Shown: piece after piece, positions 58,915 through 64,000 of the stretch | Layout: each line of letters starts with the position of its first letter | Position numbering within the stretch: position 1 is the first letter of the stretch | Source: Candidatus Sericytochromatia bacterium | GTDB lineage: Bacteria; Cyanobacteriota; Sericytochromatia; S15B-MN24; VGJW01 | DNA length: 64,000 nucleotides | Assembly (NCBI GenBank): GCA_035285865.1 | Contig: JAYKHS010000007.1 | Location: 83,508-147,507 of the forward strand | Direction of reading: 5' to 3' | The notes under the pieces: model-generated | The model's database searches: none | What the model was told of the DNA's origin: nothing | The model's input: only the letters and a program-made list of their open reading frames with translations | Made by a program: the position numbers and the translations under genes

Positions 58915-59419
58915 GACGAAGAACCTCATCGGCGTTGCTGGCCTTGAGCACCTCGTCGACCTTGGAGGCCGAGGACTCGTCGGCGCAGCGCACCGAGAGG
59001 ACCACGTGACCATCCGAAACGGCGGGATGATAGGGCAGCTTCTTGAAGTTGGGCAGCTTGCTCTCGATCAGCGTGGCAACCGCCACCGAGAAGATGCCCA
59101 TCAGCATCGACATCTCGTAAATGATGACGGAGGCAGTAGGCAGGGAAACAATCGGCTTGCCGCCGGTGGGCAGGGGGTACAGCCAAGCCGTGCCGGCCGC
59201 GAGCGTGAAGCCGCAGCAAGCGCCGATGACCCAGAACATCGCGGCGACCTTGCGGATGTTGCTCTTGCTCTCGGGCAGGCCCCACACCTCTTCGGGGTAG
59301 GGAACGCCCGTCATCACGTCGATGTCCTCGGGCTTGACGCTTGCACCCAGCAGGCGCTGGATGCCGGCGGCGGCAGGGTCGACCTCGCGATAGCGGGCCA
59401 GGACGTACGTATCGGCCAT
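58907..59419 (-). CDS. actD: Alternative complex III subunit D (DUF3341)
   Basis: Two TM helices, YPLPTGGKP, YE..ML; operon position. Confidence 0.8.
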   Translation of the reverse strand: MADTYVLARYREVDPAAAGIQRLLGASVKPEDIDVMTGVPYPEEVWGLPESKSNIRKVAAMFWVIGACCGFTLAAGTAWLYPLPTGGKPIVSLPTASVIIYEMSMLMGIFSVAVATLIESKLPNFKKLPYHPAVSDGHVVLSVRCADESSASKVDEVLKASNADEVLRHV

Positions 59420-59428
59420 GGTTCTCTC

Positions 59429-60795
59429 CTACTCCGCCACGATTGCCCGCAGCTTGGCCTGGCCCATCGTCTTGTAGGCCTCGGCCACGCGATCCTCGCG
59501 GATCTCCCAGATCGAGATGAAGGGCGCCATCTTCACGAACAGCACGTACAGCATCACGAAGCCCGCGAAGGGATAGATGCTCATCATCAGCTCGACCCAG
59601 GTAGGCGAGTAGGTCGTCCAGGTGTAGGACGGGCCCTTCTGCACGAGGGTCGGGACCGCGATCAGGTAACGCTCGAGCCACATGCCGACGTTGATGAAGA
59701 TCGTCAGGAACATCAGCGCCCACGGGCTGGTGCGCACCTTCTTGAAGGCCAGCATCGGAATCGCGACGATCGTGTTCGCCAGCATCATCGTCAGCTGGTG
59801 CCAGAAGAAGGGACCACCGTTCTTGATGTCGATGATGACCTTTTCCTCAGGCAGACGGCCATACCAGGTGATCAGGTAGTCGCCGCACCAGAGGTAGGTC
59901 CAGAGGATGGCGGCCACCAGCATGATCTTGCTGAGCTTGTCCAGGTGGAAAGGCGTGATGTAGTCCTCCCACTTGAAGGCCCAGCGGATGAGGACCGTCA
60001 GCGTCACGACCAGCGCCATGCCGGAGTAGATGGCCCCGAGCACGAAGTAGGGTCCAAAGATCGTGGTGTGCCACTGGGGCGCCAGAGCCATCGCGAAGTC
60101 CCACGACACGATGGTGTGGACCGAAACGGCGACGGGCAGGACGAGCACGGCCAGCATCAGGATGGCCAGATTCATCCGGTGCCACTCCTTGCGGGTGCCG
60201 CGCCAGCCCAGCGCAAGCATCGTGAAGAGCTTCTTGCGGACAGGGGTGGTGGCGTAGTCACGCGCAATGGCGAAGTCGGGAACCGTGGGCAGGTAGAGGT
60301 AGATGAGCGACCCGGACAGGTAGGTCAGGATGGCCATCAGGTCCCACGCCAGCGGCGAGCGGAAGTTGCCCCACATCTCGCGCTGGTTGACGTACGGAAT
60401 GATGTAGTAGAAGAACCACGTCCGCCCGAGGTGAATCAGCGGGAACTGGGCCGCCATCAGCACCGTGAACACCGTCATGGCTTCGGCGGCGCGCGTGATG
60501 GGCCTTCTCCAGTCCGCCTTTGCCAGGCGCAGGATAGCCGAGATCAGCGTCCCGGAGTGGGACAGGCCGACCCAGAACACGAAGTTGGCGATGAACACGC
60601 CCCACATGACTGGACGGTGCAGGCCAGTCACCCACATGCCGGCGCCCAGCATCCACATCCAGGTCACGAAGCCGGCACCGAAGCCGGTCAGGCAGAGGCC
60701 GAACAGGGCCCACCAGCGCCAGCTCGTCTCGAAGAGCGGACGCAGGATGTCCCGGTTGATCTTGTCGTCGCCGTGGACGAGCGGAGGATGCAGCT

Positions 60796-60799
<4 letters not shown>
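59429..60799 (-). CDS. actC: Alternative complex III NrfD-family membrane subunit
   Basis: WG..I.NFVFWVG..H.GTLISAIL, R.AEAMT, HLGR.W, NFRSPL.WD, SVHTIVS.DF, WHTTIF.PYFV.GA. Confidence 0.92.
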
Positions 60800-61571
<772 letters not shown>

Positions 61572-61587
<16 letters not shown>

Positions 61588-63914
61588 ACCTTGAACTCCT
61601 GCTCAACGCGCGCGGGAACCGCGGGCGACTCCTGCGGCTGGATGCTCTTGGACACGAGCACCAGACGCTTAGACTTGGCACCGGTCGGCGTGATGGACAC
61701 CCGGAACGAACCCCAGGCAAGCCCGCCGCCAGCCTGCTCGGCCTTGGCACCAAGCAGAGCGCGGGCATCCTCACCGCGACCCGGATCCTTCTTCATCGTG
61801 GCTTCCCACGTGCTGCCGCCCTCGACGCTGTCGTAACGCGTACCGTTGCGACGGCTGAAGTTCAGGGGCATGCCGACGACATCCTCGGGCAGACCGGGGT
61901 ACGGCACGACGCCGACCTTGACCTCGCCGTGAAGGCTCTTGACGATGACCTCGTCGTACTGGGCAAGGCCAAGCTTCTCCATGGTGTGGGGATTGACTTC
62001 GAGCCAACCACCCCACGCCGCGGCCGACATCGGGTCCGCCATCTCCTGAAGCCAGGGAAGATGAGCACCCTGGCCCTCGCGATACTTCATCGACTTGACG
62101 GGCTGCAGGACGAAGGGGAAGTCCTTCTCCTCGCCCTCGAACCGGGGCGCGGGCAGAGCATTGGCAGGCATGCGCGCCGCGAGCGGTGCGCCCAGTGCCG
62201 GCTTGTGGATGCCTCCGTTGCGCAGAGCCTTCTTCCATGCGCTCTGCGCGCCGGGCACCTGGTTGTCGTTGGCCACGCCGGCCCACATCGCCTTGAAGAA
62301 GGCATCGGCCGAAGCAAAGCCGAGGTCCTTGCCCGCAGCCTTGGCCGCAGCAAGCAGGACGTCTTCGGCGGCACGCGTCTCGAAGAACGGCACCACCAGA
62401 GGCTGCATCAGGGTCGCGACCGACGAACCGGACCCGACGGCCGGCGTCGCATCGCCCCAGCGCTCGAGGAAGGTGCTGTCGGGAAGGACCATCGTGGCCA
62501 AGGCGGCCGTGTCATCCGGCACCGTCGCGAACGAAACGACTTCGGGGACGGCCTTGAGCGCGTCTTCGAGACCGGCATCGCCGGGCAGAGCCATGAACAG
62601 GTCCACGCCAGCCACCACCAACGCCTTGACCTGACCGGCCTTCATGCGATCGACCAGAGCGAGCAAATCCTTGTAACCGATCGGCTCAGGCGGCGCCATC
62701 CCGGCAATGGGGGCGGGCGCTGCCGGCAGGATGCCACCCTTGCGACCGACCATGCCTGCCGCGACATTGACACCGTTGACCAGCGAGAGCGTCTCGACCG
62801 CGTTGGTGTGCCCCAGGACCTCGCCGCCACCGAAGGCAACCTTGAGCTCGGTCCCGGCAACCCAACGCACGAACTTCTCGAGGCGCTCCACAGGGGCACC
62901 CGTCTTCTCGTGGGCCTCGGCAACCGTCACGCCACCCTTGCCCAGGGCATGCAGGGCCAGCTGGGCGATGACGCCGTGGGTGCCGGGGCGGACCGGGATC
63001 CAGAGATCGGCGACCGCAGCCGCCTCGCCCATGCGGGTGCTGACGACGACGAAGAGGCCGCGGACCAGTTCACGACCCCGGCGCATCTCGCCGAAGCCCC
63101 AGTTGAACAGCGTGGGCGCCGGTCCCGTGGTGAAGGGCTCGTCGCCGAAGCACATCGCAAGCTGCGTGTTGGCGAGATCGACATGCGGCATCTCCGGACG
63201 ACCGTAGACAGCCTTGTTGGCCGCGCGAAGCGCCTCGTGACCGAAGGGTTCCACGATGACGGGAGCCGGTGCGCCGAACGCCTTGGCCGCCTTGGCGAAC
63301 AACTGGTAGCGATGACCCCGGACCTGCGGACCCAGAACCATGACCGCACCGGCACCGGCAGCCGCCAGGGCCTTGCCAAGCCGGTCGGAAGCCTGAGCCC
63401 ACAGCTCGGCACCGAACTTGCGGGCCTCGGCTGCCTTTTCGTCAGCCAACGCGAAGTCGGGAGCGGCGAAGCTCGTCAGGCCGACCTTGAAATTCTCGGG
63501 GACGGTCGTCGGCCGCTTCTTGGCCTTGAACACGTCATCGAAGAGCATCTTCAGCTTGAGATGATCCGGGCTGACTTCGCCAGCCTTCGCCCGCAGGTCG
63601 GGCCCGCGGAAACGATCGGGATGGTACTGATGCTGGACGCCGGCCTGGCCGAGCGCACACAGGCCTCCGTGGCTCAAGGGGTGACCCTCGAGACCCTCGA
63701 CCTTGACCGAGCGGCCTTCGACCACCCGCACCGACACGCCGCACCCGGCGGAGCAGAGGTCGCAGGTCGTGGCGAAGTGGTTGCCCTCACCGGGCTCGAG
63801 GGCGATCGGGCGCTCCACATAGGCGATCAACTGGGAGCTGTAATCTTCGCAGCCACCCAGGACCATGGCCGTCCCGGCCAGCCCCGAGAGCTTCAGGAAT
63901 TCGCGGCGTTCCAT
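61572..63914 (-). CDS. Molybdopterin-oxidoreductase-like subunit with Tat signal (ActB1/QrcB-like)
   Basis: ERREFLK Tat motif plus LGGC; CDLCSAGC...GLC; LP....LERWGD; PWLQE..DP; W..W.EVNP. Confidence 0.88.
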
Positions 63915-63930
63915 CGGGGTTCCTCGGCAA

Positions 63931-63999
63931 TCAGTAGTGGCAGGACCAGCAATCCTTGCTGGCGCCGTACTTGTCGTGACAGGAGAGACAGGTGCCCAT
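63931..63999 (-). CDS. actA: C-terminus of multiheme cytochrome c (ActA/QrcA-like), truncated by window edge
   Basis: MGTCLSCHDKYGASKDCWSCHY* contains two CxxCH motifs. Confidence 0.85.
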   Translation of the reverse strand: MGTCLSCHDKYGASKDCWSCHY

Positions 64000-64000
64000 G

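Overview
A 64 kb, very GC-rich stretch of bacterial chromosome with no prophage, CRISPR array or rRNA. The ldpA-ycf45 pair, an SLH/beta-barrel envelope protein, many lipoproteins and an alternative complex III operon suggest a non-photosynthetic relative of Cyanobacteria such as Sericytochromatia (inference only). Housekeeping genes include lpxH-like, suhB, slt, add, msrB, tmk, PBP1A, glk, aroF, queF, trmJ, selAB, nagZ, two tRNA-Glu, an ABC exporter and actA-B1-B2-C-D-E. Most notable observations: (1) an orphan TnpB/Cas12-like RuvC protein with no stop codon, running through a 7-hairpin omegaRNA-like segment in frame into a phasin-like helical protein; (2) a likely UGA-selenocysteine peroxiredoxin with a SECIS-like hairpin, split in two by the ORF caller, about 6 kb from selAB; (3) tandem, probably secreted LIM+DA1 metallopeptidases with a readable duplication scar; (4) an AnmK-MurQ fusion; (5) a RibD with dead catalytic motifs; (6) pervasive leaderless promoters; (7) a patch of decayed toxin/caspase genes at 5.7-7.8 kb. 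All calls come from reading motifs by eye; no database searches or folding calculations were run.
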